Of a DNA stretch of 64,000 bases, positions 1-9,184 are shown in pieces. Each line of letters begins with the position of its first letter. The stretch's first letter is position 1. Source of the stretch: Thermoanaerobaculia bacterium (GTDB lineage: Bacteria; Acidobacteriota; Thermoanaerobaculia; Multivoradales; Multivoraceae); contig OY762911.1 in the NCBI GenBank assembly GCA_963666565.1, positions 4,480,001 through 4,544,000 of the forward strand, read 5' to 3'. Below the pieces are notes generated by a model. That model worked only from the letters and a program-made list of their open reading frames with translations, made no database searches and had not been told where the DNA came from. Position numbers and translations under genes: made by a program.

Positions 1-1
1 C

Positions 2-313
2 TGCTCGGACGGCCTGGCTCCCGATCCCGAAACCCATCGCTGCCCCGACAACGGCGCCAAAGTGGATCTCGGCGACTGCAGCATCACGGCCGACAGGGGG
101 GCGTCGGAGCTCGTCACGCTGTGGCGGGACCCGACCTTCAAAGCCGGGCAACACGCCTTCTACTACCTCCGGGCGCTGGAGAACCCCACCTGCCGCTGGT
201 CGACCTGGGATGCCGTCAAGGCTGGCGTCGATCCAAGGCCGGGGCTCCAGCCGACGATCCAGGAACGCGCCTGGTCGTCGCCGATCTGGATAGGCGGTCC
301 GCCGACCGAGTGA
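2..313 (+). CDS. DUF3604 domain protein, 3' end (truncated by window edge)
   Basis: Open frame from base 2: CSDGLAPDPETHRCPDNGA...FYYLRALENPTCRWSTWDA...IQERAWSSPIW, the characteristic DUF3604 C-terminus. Confidence 0.85.
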   Translation, partial: CSDGLAPDPETHRCPDNGAKVDLGDCSITADRGASELVTLWRDPTFKAGQHAFYYLRALENPTCRWSTWDAVKAGVDPRPGLQPTIQERAWSSPIWIGGPPTE

Positions 314-413
314 GGGAAAGTGCACCGCCGGAAGGACCCCGACAGGCGGCCCATATACTGCCGGCGGCCCCCGGCGACTCCAGCTTCTTCATCCCGAGTA
401 CCAGTACCCGATC

Positions 414-1664
414 ATGCGCAAGTGTCTGATTCCGCTCACGCTGAGCATCACCGTCGGCATTTCGCCCGCTCGCGCGCAAGGCGACGAGGAGAACGTTCCT
501 CAGGAGCCGGCGACGCTTGGACAGGCTATCCGCGACGCGGACGTGTCGCTCGGCCTCCGTTACCGCGTCGAACAGTCCGACGACGACGCGTTCGACGCCA
601 CGGCGCTCGCTTCGACCCTGCGCACCACCCTCAAGCTGGAGACCAAGGCCTACCGCGGTTTCTCCTTCCTGCTCGAGGCGGAGGACGTGACCCCGGTCGG
701 CAACGACCGCACCTATCGCAACCTCGGCCACGGCGGCCTCGACAACGGCGTCCGCGACCGGCCGATCATCGCCGATCCGGCGCTCACCGCGATCAACCAG
801 GCGGCGGCCCGCCTGGAGCGGGGGCCGGTAGCCTTCACCCTCGGCCGGACCGAGCTTCTGATCGGCGACCAGCGCTTCGTCGGCGCGGTCGGCTGGCGTC
901 AGCATCACCAGGCCTTCGACGCGGCCGCTCTCGACGCGGAGCTTGCCGCCGACTGGTCGCTGCGCTACGCCTTCCTGAACCGAGCCCACCGGATCACCGG
1001 CGCCGAGGAGCCCATGGGCTCCCACGTGATCTACGTTTCGGGCCCGGCGGGTCCCGGCAACCTGGCCCTCTTCGGCTACCTGCTGGACTACGACCGACCC
1101 GGCGCCGCAGCCAACTCAACCTCCAACTGGGGCGCCAGCTACAACGGTTCGCACGACGCCGGCGCGGCCTCCGTTCTGTGGGAACTCCAGTACGCGGTCC
1201 AATCGGACTGGGCGGACCACCCTGGCAGCGTCGACGTCTTCTACCAGAAGACCGGGATCGGCTTCACCCGCGGAGACGTCAGCGTGCGCGCCGTACGCGA
1301 GGCCCTGGACGGCGACGGCACGCACAGCTTCCGCACGCCGCTGGCCACCCTGCACGGCTTCAATGGCTGGACCGACAAGTTCCTCGGCACTCCCGCCCAC
1401 GGCCTGGTCGACCTGTACCTGCGCCTCGACCACAACCTGGGCACCTGGAACTGGACGGTCCGCTGGCACCGGTTCCGCTCCGCGGTCGGCAGCATGGACT
1501 ACGGCACCGAGATCGACGCGATGGCGGTGTGGAACACCCCCTGGAAGCAGGACTTCGGCATCAAGCTGGCGCAGTACAACGCGGACGAGTGGAGCACGGA
1601 CACGTTCAAGGTCTGGGTCTGGACGTCCTGGACCGTCAACCTGCGATCCGCAGGCGGCCGCTGA
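414..1664 (+). CDS. Alginate export family outer-membrane beta-barrel protein
   Basis: Signal peptide; LRYRVEQ, DQRFVGAVGWRQHHQAFD and FRTPLATLHGFNGWTDKFL motifs; aromatic-rich C-terminal strand. Confidence 0.8.
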   Translation: MRKCLIPLTLSITVGISPARAQGDEENVPQEPATLGQAIRDADVSLGLRYRVEQSDDDAFDATALASTLRTTLKLETKAYRGFSFLLEAEDVTPVGNDRTYRNLGHGGLDNGVRDRPIIADPALTAINQAAARLERGPVAFTLGRTELLIGDQRFVGAVGWRQHHQAFDAAALDAELAADWSLRYAFLNRAHRITGAEEPMGSHVIYVSGPAGPGNLALFGYLLDYDRPGAAANSTSNWGASYNGSHDAGAASVLWELQYAVQSDWADHPGSVDVFYQKTGIGFTRGDVSVRAVREALDGDGTHSFRTPLATLHGFNGWTDKFLGTPAHGLVDLYLRLDHNLGTWNWTVRWHRFRSAVGSMDYGTEIDAMAVWNTPWKQDFGIKLAQYNADEWSTDTFKVWVWTSWTVNLRSAGGR

Positions 1665-2058
1665 CGTCGACCGAGGCCTCGGCTCCTTCCGGCAGGGTCT
1701 CCCAGTCCGCCGCTTCGAGCAGGACCACCGGCGGCGACCGTTCGTAGAGTTCGCGGGCCACCGCGGCGCCCAGCGCCAGAATGCCGTCGAGCTCGCGCAG
1801 CACGACGGCGGCCGGCGCCGTGCCCAGACGAACGCCCTCCAGCAGCACCGAGCTCGAACTGCTCGACCCGCGCCCGTACGGCATGACCAGGACGCGGCCG
1901 GCGACACTCTCGCCGCAACGCGGATGCCGCCGGTCGATGATCGTCCCGGTAGCCGGATCGACGCCCCCCCAGAACGAAAGCGGCTCCTCGAGCCGGAGCA
2001 CCCGCCCGGCACCGGCCCCGGCCACCAGGACTCGCCCTTCAAGCGCCACGCCGCTCAC
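1636..2058 (-). CDS. Aconitase X swivel (small) subunit, DUF126
   Basis: PLSFWGGVDPATGTIIDRRHP and GRGSSSSSSVL motifs; GTG start overlaps the upstream gene's TGA (GTGA). Confidence 0.85.
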   Translation of the reverse strand: MSGVALEGRVLVAGAGAGRVLRLEEPLSFWGGVDPATGTIIDRRHPRCGESVAGRVLVMPYGRGSSSSSSVLLEGVRLGTAPAAVVLRELDGILALGAAVARELYERSPPVVLLEAADWETLPEGAEASVDVSGRLRIAG

Positions 2059-3464
2059 GGCCACAACTCCGGGTCGCGCCAGAGCCGGCCGGCCTGGGCG
2101 GAACGAACGCACTCGGCCAGGCTGCCAAAGACGACATCGAAGCCGACGTTGCCAGGCGCGTAGTGAGCGAACTTGCCCGAGTTAGTCATCAGCACGCCGC
2201 CCGCCGGCGTGCGCAGGATGGGCGCCACAACCACGCAGGTGTCGACGACGACCCGCACGCCCAGCGCGCGCAGCCGGGACAGCTCGCCGCTCCGTTCCAG
2301 GAAGTCGAGCGAAAGCCGGTTCGTGCAGACCACGAACTCCACGCTCTCCGCCGGAGGATGGCGCCGGACCAGGGGCAGCAGATCCCGGAACTCCCGCGGC
2401 GAGAAGTGGGGACTGCCGAGCGCCACGACGTCGATGGCGAGATCCCGCGCGCGGCCGTTCGCCGACGCCGGGTCCGCGCCGGGCCGGGCCGGCCGCCTCG
2501 AACCGGGAGGAGCCTGAGCCGCGGCTTCGCCCGTGGGCGGCGCAACGTCCGCCACCGTCGACAGCCGCCGCAAGGCGACCCTGAGATCGGCGGCCGTGAC
2601 CTCGATCCACTCCTCCGCTTTCCCGCCGCCCCGCGCCGGGTCATGCGAACCGAGCGCCGCTTCGAGCGTCGGCGCCTCGGGCGTGATGCCGACCGCGTGA
2701 AACAGGGCGACCGCGCCCGACGACGCCGCGGCCGCGCCCAGCGCCTTCAGGCCGTCCTCGTCGGCATCTTCCAGGCCAAGCAGCACCGGGATCCGGTTGC
2801 CGCAGCGCTCCCCGACCAGGTAGCCGATCGCCGGCAGCAACCAGGACGCCGACCGCAACGAAGGCGGCAGCGAACGCAGATCGAAGACGACCTGTCCGCA
2901 CCGGTTCTCCTCCAGGTGGAGCCCCACCGCCGGCGCGCGTCCGGCGATGGCGGCGCAGATGTCGATGAAGTCGCCGTAGCGATGGGTGCGGGCGCCGAGG
3001 ACCGAGTTCGCGAACACGATCGCGTTGCTCTCGGCCCAGGCGACCTGCTGGCCGAACGCCGGCCGCGGCGTCGTCTGGTAGGGCGCGCAGGTCCAGATCG
3101 TCCGGCAGCCCATCTCCTCGTAGCACTCCATCAGCCGCAGCGCCTTCGCCCGGCGCTCCGCCGTGCCGGCGAACTCGTTCGGATGCAGCAGGTCGAGGCC
3201 GCCGACGTTCAGCGTCGTCGGCACGCGGACGCGCGCGCCGCCGGCCACCAGGAGCTCCGCGAAGTCGACGCCCGAGTCGCCGTGGTACAGGCAGCCGTCG
3301 ATGTGGGCGCCCTCGATGTCGAGCAGCCGCTCGGCGCCGTAGACGCCGGCCATCGCGACCAGGATGCGCATGGCCGCCGCCGTGGCCTCGCCGAAGTCGC
3401 CGGCGAGCATGGAGCGGTCGCGGTCGGTCAGATCGACGGACCCGCGCATGTCCAAGCCAGCCAT
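2055..3464 (-). CDS. Aconitase X catalytic (large) subunit, DUF521
   Basis: AHIDGCLY, TCAPY, AWAESNA..FANSVLGART, LGSPH, DTCVV, MTNSGKFAHYAP motifs. Confidence 0.9.
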   Translation of the reverse strand: MAGLDMRGSVDLTDRDRSMLAGDFGEATAAAMRILVAMAGVYGAERLLDIEGAHIDGCLYHGDSGVDFAELLVAGGARVRVPTTLNVGGLDLLHPNEFAGTAERRAKALRLMECYEEMGCRTIWTCAPYQTTPRPAFGQQVAWAESNAIVFANSVLGARTHRYGDFIDICAAIAGRAPAVGLHLEENRCGQVVFDLRSLPPSLRSASWLLPAIGYLVGERCGNRIPVLLGLEDADEDGLKALGAAAASSGAVALFHAVGITPEAPTLEAALGSHDPARGGGKAEEWIEVTAADLRVALRRLSTVADVAPPTGEAAAQAPPGSRRPARPGADPASANGRARDLAIDVVALGSPHFSPREFRDLLPLVRRHPPAESVEFVVCTNRLSLDFLERSGELSRLRALGVRVVVDTCVVVAPILRTPAGGVLMTNSGKFAHYAPGNVGFDVVFGSLAECVRSAQAGRLWRDPELWP

Positions 3465-3510
3465 GGCCGGTCAGTGTAGCCACCGCCCGATGCGCGCCGC
3501 GTGCGCGCCT

Positions 3511-3648
3511 GGGTGCGCGGGTCTTCCGACCCGTATGCGGGCGGAGCCGCGGAGCGGCGTAGCCCGGACGACAGCGGCGCCGGCCTTATGGCCGGCACGT
3601 ACTTCTGGCCGCCTGCGGCGGCATGCGGGTCGGAAGACCCGCGCACCC
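3511..3648. repeat. REP-like hairpin doublet (inverted pair of GGGTGCGCGGGTCTTCYGACCCG units)
   Basis: Units at 3511-3533 and 3625-3648 in inverted orientation; same family recurs throughout the window. Confidence 0.8.
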
Positions 3649-3695
3649 GGCGCGCACCCGGCAGGCGCTTCGTTGCGTTTCGGCGGTGCAAGCTC

Positions 3696-5563
3696 CTAAC
3701 GAGGCTTCGCCTCAGACCGACGAGCATGTTCGCGGCGGTGGTCGGCCTCGGCCTTGGCGTCGATCGGACTCCGGTCGCTGCTTCAGCTGCGGAGTGAATC
3801 CGCCGTATTGTCGCTCTGCGGCGAAGGTGGCCTTAAGCTGGCCGGTGAGAAGCCCATCGACCGGAGTCCGCTGATGAAGGTAGCACGCACGGCAGCCGAG
3901 GTTCTTGAGGAGCATGTGTCGTTGACGCTGGAGTGCGTCGATCGGATGTACCTCAACGTCTACGTACCGGTGCTTCAGCGTGGCGCGGGCGCGGCCTGGT
4001 TCTTCCGGGAGGTGCGGGGCGCGCAGGTGCCGTCGTCGGTGCTGATGGCGCCGATGACGAGGCGGTTCGTGGCCGCGATCAAGGGCTACGCGCGGCAGCA
4101 TCGGATCGACATCGTCCCGTTTCGGCGCGGCGAGCGCAAGGACGACCGCACCCGCGAGTACCTTCGCCGGTGGCATGGAGGCGAGGGGGTGCTGTACGTC
4201 GGCAAGGCGCAGGAGAAGGCTCGGGTGCTGCGTACCGAGCGTCGTTACGACTCGGCGACCGACGCGGGCTATCCGTGGCTGGTGCACTCGACGGCGATGG
4301 TCAACCAGTACTACTTCTACGTGTTCGACGACGACTTCGGTCCGTTCTTCCTGAAGTTCTGCTCGTACTTCCCCTACAACGCCAAGCTGTGCATCAACGG
4401 ACACGAGTACCTCAAGCGCCAGTTGAGCAAGCGGGGGATCGAGTACGAGGCGCTGGACAACGGCATCCTGCGCTGCTCGGACCCGGAGGCGATGCAGCGG
4501 CTCGCCGACGGCCTCGACGCGGACAAGATCGACGCGCTGCTGCGCAAGTGGCTGGCTCGCCTGCCGCATCCGTTCTCCGCCGGCGACCGGCGGCGGGGCA
4601 TCCGCTACGCCGTCTCGATCCTCCAGGCCGAATTCGCCCTGACCCAGGTCTTCGACCGCCCGGTGCAGGGTCGGGTCTTCTTCGAGGAGGTGCTGCGCGA
4701 GCACCTCGACATGGGACGGCCCGAGCACGTGCAGTTGATCTTCAAGCGCCGCGTCACGCGACGCACCCCCTCGCGGTATCGCACCCGCGTCATTACCGAC
4801 GGGGTCTCCCCGTCGCTGCACGTCGACTACAAGCACTCGCGCATCAAGCAGTACCACAAGGAAGGGCGCGCCCTGCGCACCGAGACGGTGATCAACGACA
4901 CCTACGACTTCGATGTCGGTCGTTTGCTGAGAAACCTCGATGACCTCAAGAAGGTCGGCTTCGCCGCCAACCGACGCCTGCTCGGCGTCCAAACTCTCAG
5001 CCACGACTGTCTGCTCGGAGCCGAAACGCTCGACGATCTGCACCGTCCGCGGTGCATCTCGGGTCAGCGCGCTTCGGCGCTTCGCTTCGGAGACCGCAGG
5101 GTGCAGAGTCTCTTCGCCGCCCTGCTGCGCTTCAGCCTCCTGCCCAACGGCTTCCGCAACCGCGACCTGCGGCCCGCGGTCGCCAGTCTGTGCGGACTCA
5201 CGCCGGACCGCTACGGACCCTCCCGCATGACCTACGACCTGCGCCGACTGCGACTGCGGGGAATCGTCGAACGGGTTCCGCGCACCCACCGCTACCGGAT
5301 CACCGACTGGGGACTGCGCGTAGCGTTCGCCTACCACCGGACCCACGCCCGAGTGCTCGGCCCCGTCATGTCCGCCACCCTCGACCCGGAAGCCAACGCC
5401 CGGCTACGAAGAACCGTCGCCAGCTACGACCGCGAGGTCCAAAGAGCTTGGCGAGGACAGCGACTCGCAGCCTGAGGCCGACCTCCGTCACGCCGAATCG
5501 ACACGGACACCCCGAACCAAACTTGACTCAACTGTTAAGACGCCCCTTGTTCAAGGAGTCTAG
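3696..5563 (+). mobile_element. Putative unclassified IS-like element with one large ORF
   Basis: Single ORF unrelated to its neighbours, structured 5' leader, palindromic 3' end. Boundaries (CTAACG... to ...GAGTCTAG) are inferred; no terminal inverted repeats or target duplication seen. Confidence 0.5.
3874..5475 (+). CDS. Putative transposase / Rep-like protein with C-terminal winged HTH (533 aa)
   Basis: DRMYLNVYVP, YYFYVFDDDFGP, NGHEYLKRQL, YKHSRIKQYHKEGRALRTETVIN; C-terminal FRNRDLR...MTYDLRRLRLRGIVERVPRTHRY (wHTH-like); GGAG upstream of ATG 3874. Confidence 0.6.
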   Translation: MKVARTAAEVLEEHVSLTLECVDRMYLNVYVPVLQRGAGAAWFFREVRGAQVPSSVLMAPMTRRFVAAIKGYARQHRIDIVPFRRGERKDDRTREYLRRWHGGEGVLYVGKAQEKARVLRTERRYDSATDAGYPWLVHSTAMVNQYYFYVFDDDFGPFFLKFCSYFPYNAKLCINGHEYLKRQLSKRGIEYEALDNGILRCSDPEAMQRLADGLDADKIDALLRKWLARLPHPFSAGDRRRGIRYAVSILQAEFALTQVFDRPVQGRVFFEEVLREHLDMGRPEHVQLIFKRRVTRRTPSRYRTRVITDGVSPSLHVDYKHSRIKQYHKEGRALRTETVINDTYDFDVGRLLRNLDDLKKVGFAANRRLLGVQTLSHDCLLGAETLDDLHRPRCISGQRASALRFGDRRVQSLFAALLRFSLLPNGFRNRDLRPAVASLCGLTPDRYGPSRMTYDLRRLRLRGIVERVPRTHRYRITDWGLRVAFAYHRTHARVLGPVMSATLDPEANARLRRTVASYDREVQRAWRGQRLAA

Positions 5564-5639
5564 ACTCACCGCTTCGCCCACTCAGCAGACAAACACACGG
5601 ACGACGCCCGCTGCGCGCGGCGCCCGTGAAGAGGCCCGC

Positions 5640-7220
5640 ATGGCGATCGACACAGCACTGCAGGAACGACTCATGGCCGCCGCGCCCTACGGCATGGGCG
5701 TCTCGGTACATGCGGACGTGGCGCCCGACCGGATGGCCGTGCTGTCGAAGTTCGGCGGCCGAACGCTCGGCGAACTGAACGCCAACGCCAACCGCCTGGC
5801 CCGCGTGCTGCGGGCGCACGGCGTCGGTCCCGACGTCGGCGTCGCCCTGCTGTGCCGGAACCGGCCCGAGTTCGTCGAGACGATCGCCGCCTGCCAGCGC
5901 TGCGGCGGCCGCATGACGCCGATCAACTGGCACCTCTCGCCCCCCGAGGTCGCCTACATCGTCGACAACTGCGAGGCCCTGGTGCTGATCGCCGACGAGG
6001 CCTTCGCCCCGGCCGTCGCCGCGGCCCAGACCGCGTCGGGCCGCCTGCGCCTGACCCTGGCGGTCGGCGGCGAAATCGAGGGCGCCGAGGCCTACGCCGA
6101 CGCGCTGGCTGCCGAAGACGGCTCGAACATCGAAGACCCGATCCTCGGCGCCCCCATGCTCTACACCTCCGGCACCACGGGCCACCCCAAGGGCGTCTAC
6201 CGCAAGGCCGACGCAACGCCGACTCCGTTCCTGCTGGCTGTCCGCGAGTCGGGCGACTTCGAGCCGGACACGGACTGCTCGCTCGTCACCGGGCCGCTCT
6301 ACCACGCCGCCCCGCTGGGCCTGAACCTGGCGATGCCGATGGGCGCCGGCGTCGGCTCGGTGCTGATGGACAAGTGGGATGCGGAGGAAACGCTCGCCCT
6401 GATCGACCGCCACCGCGTCACCCACACCCACATGGTGGCGACCATGTTCCACCGCATGCTGGCGCTGCCGCGGGAGGTCAGGGACCGCTACGACGTCTCG
6501 TCCATGCGCTGGCTGTGCCACGGCGCCGCGCCGACGCCGGTCCACGTCAAGCACAAGATCATCGAGTGGTTCGGCCCGGTCGTCTGGGAGTACTACGCCG
6601 CCACCGAGGGCGGCACCTTCTTCATCGACTCGGAGGACTGGCTCACGAAGCCCGGCAGCGTCGGCCGCACAGTCGAGGGAACGAAGTACAAGGTGCTCGA
6701 CGACGACGGCGAACCGGTGCCGGCGGGAACCACGGGCACCGTCTACTTCCAGGCCGCGGAGAACCGTTTCGAGTACTTCAAGGCGCCCGACAAGACCGAC
6801 GCGGCGTACCGCGACGACTACTTCACGATGGGCGACATGGGCTACGTCGACGAGGACGGCTACCTGTTCCTGACCGGCCGCTCGGCGGAAACGATCATCG
6901 CCGGCGGCGTCAACATCTATCCCCAGGAGATCGACGACGTGCTGCAGCAGCATCCCGCGGTCTACGAGGTCTGCACCGTCGGCGTGCCCCACGAGGAGTG
7001 GGGCGAAAGCGTCAAGTCCGTGGTCGAGGTCGACGAGGGTTACGAAGCCGGCGACGACCTGGCCGAGGAACTCCTCGCCTGGTGCCGCGAGAACCTGCCC
7101 GACTTCAAGCGCCCGCGCTCCATTGACTTCGCCACCGACCTCCCGAGGATGCCCACCGGCAAGATCCAGCGCGGTCTGGTGCGGGCGCCGTACTGGAAGG
7201 GCCGCGAGCGACAGATCTGA
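5640..7220 (+). CDS. AMP-binding acyl-CoA synthetase
   Basis: MLYTSGTTGHPKGV, YYAATEG, GDMGYVDEDGYL, PRMPTGKI motifs. Confidence 0.92.
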   Translation: MAIDTALQERLMAAAPYGMGVSVHADVAPDRMAVLSKFGGRTLGELNANANRLARVLRAHGVGPDVGVALLCRNRPEFVETIAACQRCGGRMTPINWHLSPPEVAYIVDNCEALVLIADEAFAPAVAAAQTASGRLRLTLAVGGEIEGAEAYADALAAEDGSNIEDPILGAPMLYTSGTTGHPKGVYRKADATPTPFLLAVRESGDFEPDTDCSLVTGPLYHAAPLGLNLAMPMGAGVGSVLMDKWDAEETLALIDRHRVTHTHMVATMFHRMLALPREVRDRYDVSSMRWLCHGAAPTPVHVKHKIIEWFGPVVWEYYAATEGGTFFIDSEDWLTKPGSVGRTVEGTKYKVLDDDGEPVPAGTTGTVYFQAAENRFEYFKAPDKTDAAYRDDYFTMGDMGYVDEDGYLFLTGRSAETIIAGGVNIYPQEIDDVLQQHPAVYEVCTVGVPHEEWGESVKSVVEVDEGYEAGDDLAEELLAWCRENLPDFKRPRSIDFATDLPRMPTGKIQRGLVRAPYWKGRERQI

Positions 7221-7255
7221 CAGCCAGCTTCCCCAACTACATCTCAGAGGCAACC

Positions 7256-8230
7256 ATGAAGGCAGTTGTATGCAGCGCGTTCGGTCCCCCGGAGAACCTG
7301 ACGATCGAGGAGCTTCCCGATCCGGTCCCGGGGCCAGGCGAGGTCGTCGTCGACATCCGGGCGGCGGCGATCACCTGGCCCGACACGCTGATCATCGAGA
7401 ACCGGTACCAGTTCCGGGGAGAGCCGCCCTTCACGGTTGGCGGCGAGGTGGGCGGCACGATCGCGGCCGTGGGCCCGGATGTGGAAGGCCTTGCCGTAGG
7501 CGACGACGTGGTGGGCGGCGGCGGCACCGGCGGCTTCGCCGAGCAGGTGCTGCTCAAGGCGCCGCAGGTGCGCAAGCTGCCGCCGGGTCTCGGCCACGCG
7601 GAGGCCACGGGATACGGCTACGCCTACGGCACGGGCCACTACGCGCTGAAGTACCGGGGCGATCTGAAGCCCGGCGAGACGCTACTGGTGCTCGGCGCGG
7701 CCGGCGGGGTGGGCCTTGCCGCGCTCGAACTCGGCAAGGTGATGGGCGCGCGGGTGATCGCCGCCGCCTCGAGCGAGGAGAAGCTGGCGCTCTGCCGCGA
7801 ACGCGGCGCCGACGAGACGATCAACTACTCCGAAGAGGACCTGAAGAACCGGGCCAAGGAGCTGACGGGCGGCAAGGGAGTGGACGTCGTCTACGACGCA
7901 GTCGGCGGCGAGTACGCCGAGGCGGCGCTGCGGGCCACGAACTGGCGCGGCCGGTTCCTGGTCATCGGCTTCACCGCCGGCATCCCGCGCATGCCGCTCA
8001 ACCTGACGCTGCTCAAGGGCTGCGACGTCCTCGGCGTGTTCTGGGGGGCGTCGAGGATGCGCGAGCCGGCGATCTTCGAGGCGACGCGGGTGGAGACGGA
8101 GGCGCTGGCCGCTGAGGGCAAGATCCAGCCATACATCTCGCGGCGCTATCCGCTGGCAGAGGTGCCGCGGGCGCTGCGCGACATGATGGACCGGAAGATC
8201 GTCGGCAAGATGGTCATGCAGCGCGACTAG
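7256..8230 (+). CDS. NADPH:quinone oxidoreductase (MDR family)
   Basis: PGETLLVLGAAGGVG, GKGVDVVYDAVGG motifs. Confidence 0.9.
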   Translation: MKAVVCSAFGPPENLTIEELPDPVPGPGEVVVDIRAAAITWPDTLIIENRYQFRGEPPFTVGGEVGGTIAAVGPDVEGLAVGDDVVGGGGTGGFAEQVLLKAPQVRKLPPGLGHAEATGYGYAYGTGHYALKYRGDLKPGETLLVLGAAGGVGLAALELGKVMGARVIAAASSEEKLALCRERGADETINYSEEDLKNRAKELTGGKGVDVVYDAVGGEYAEAALRATNWRGRFLVIGFTAGIPRMPLNLTLLKGCDVLGVFWGASRMREPAIFEATRVETEALAAEGKIQPYISRRYPLAEVPRALRDMMDRKIVGKMVMQRD

Positions 8231-8252
8231 AGGCGCCAGAGGAGATCGGAAG

Positions 8253-9179
8253 ATGAAGTTCGGAGCACAGGTCACCGTCTACCGCAACACATGGGACAGC
8301 GTCCGGGAGGTCGCCGAGCTGCTCGACCGGGGCCCGTGGGACAGCATCTGGTACGCCGACCACTACCTGCCGCCCCCGGGGATCAAGGAAGAGGAACACC
8401 TCGCGGCGCAGGAGGCCTTCACGGTCGCGGCGGCGACCGCCAGCATCACGAAGAACCTGAAGATCGGCCACCTGGTTCTCGGCAACACCTACCGGAATCC
8501 CGGCCTGGTCGCCAAGATGGCGGGCACCCTGGACCACATCTCCCACGGCCGCTTCGTGCTCGGCATCGGCGCCGCGTGGTTCCAGCGGGAGCACGAAGCC
8601 TACGGCTGGACGTTCCCCTCGATGAAGGAGCGCCAAGACCGCTTCGAGGAGGCGGTCGAACTGATCCGGGCGCTCTTCCGGTCGAGCGAAGCCGTCGACT
8701 TCCAGGGCGAGTACTACCGGCTCGACTCGGCGCCGCTGTCGCCCGGCTGCTACGCCGACCCGATCCCGATCCTGATCGGCGGCACCGGCGAGAAGCGGAC
8801 GCTGCGCACCCTGGCCCGCCACGGCGACGTGATGAACCTGGACGGCTGGGCCCGCGGGCCGATGACCCGCGAGTACTTCCGGCACAAGGTTTCGGTGATC
8901 GAGCGGCACTGCGAAGACGCGGGCCGCGATCCCGGCGAGATCCGGCACACCGTGCTGATGCCGACCTTCGTGACCGACGACGAGGCGGCCGCCCGGCGCT
9001 TCATCGACGCCCGCGGCCTCGGCGAAGGCACGGCGGCCGGCCCGAAGAGCTACGTCATCGACCGGATCGGGGAGATGATCGACGCCGGCGCCCACGAGAT
9101 CATGATCGGCGGCATCCCGACGCACCGTCTCGACCACTACCGACTCGTGGCCGAAGAGATCATCCCGGCGTTCGACTGA
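8253..9179 (+). CDS. LLM-class flavin (probably F420)-dependent oxidoreductase
   Basis: WYADH, GNTYRNPGLVAKMAGTLDHISHGRFVLGIGAAW motifs. Confidence 0.88.
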   Translation: MKFGAQVTVYRNTWDSVREVAELLDRGPWDSIWYADHYLPPPGIKEEEHLAAQEAFTVAAATASITKNLKIGHLVLGNTYRNPGLVAKMAGTLDHISHGRFVLGIGAAWFQREHEAYGWTFPSMKERQDRFEEAVELIRALFRSSEAVDFQGEYYRLDSAPLSPGCYADPIPILIGGTGEKRTLRTLARHGDVMNLDGWARGPMTREYFRHKVSVIERHCEDAGRDPGEIRHTVLMPTFVTDDEAAARRFIDARGLGEGTAAGPKSYVIDRIGEMIDAGAHEIMIGGIPTHRLDHYRLVAEEIIPAFD

Positions 9180-9184
9180 GGCGG

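Noticed and set aside
3712-5346. 544-aa antisense ORF in the IS-like element
   Set aside because: Codon-mirror of the sense gene with no independent evidence.
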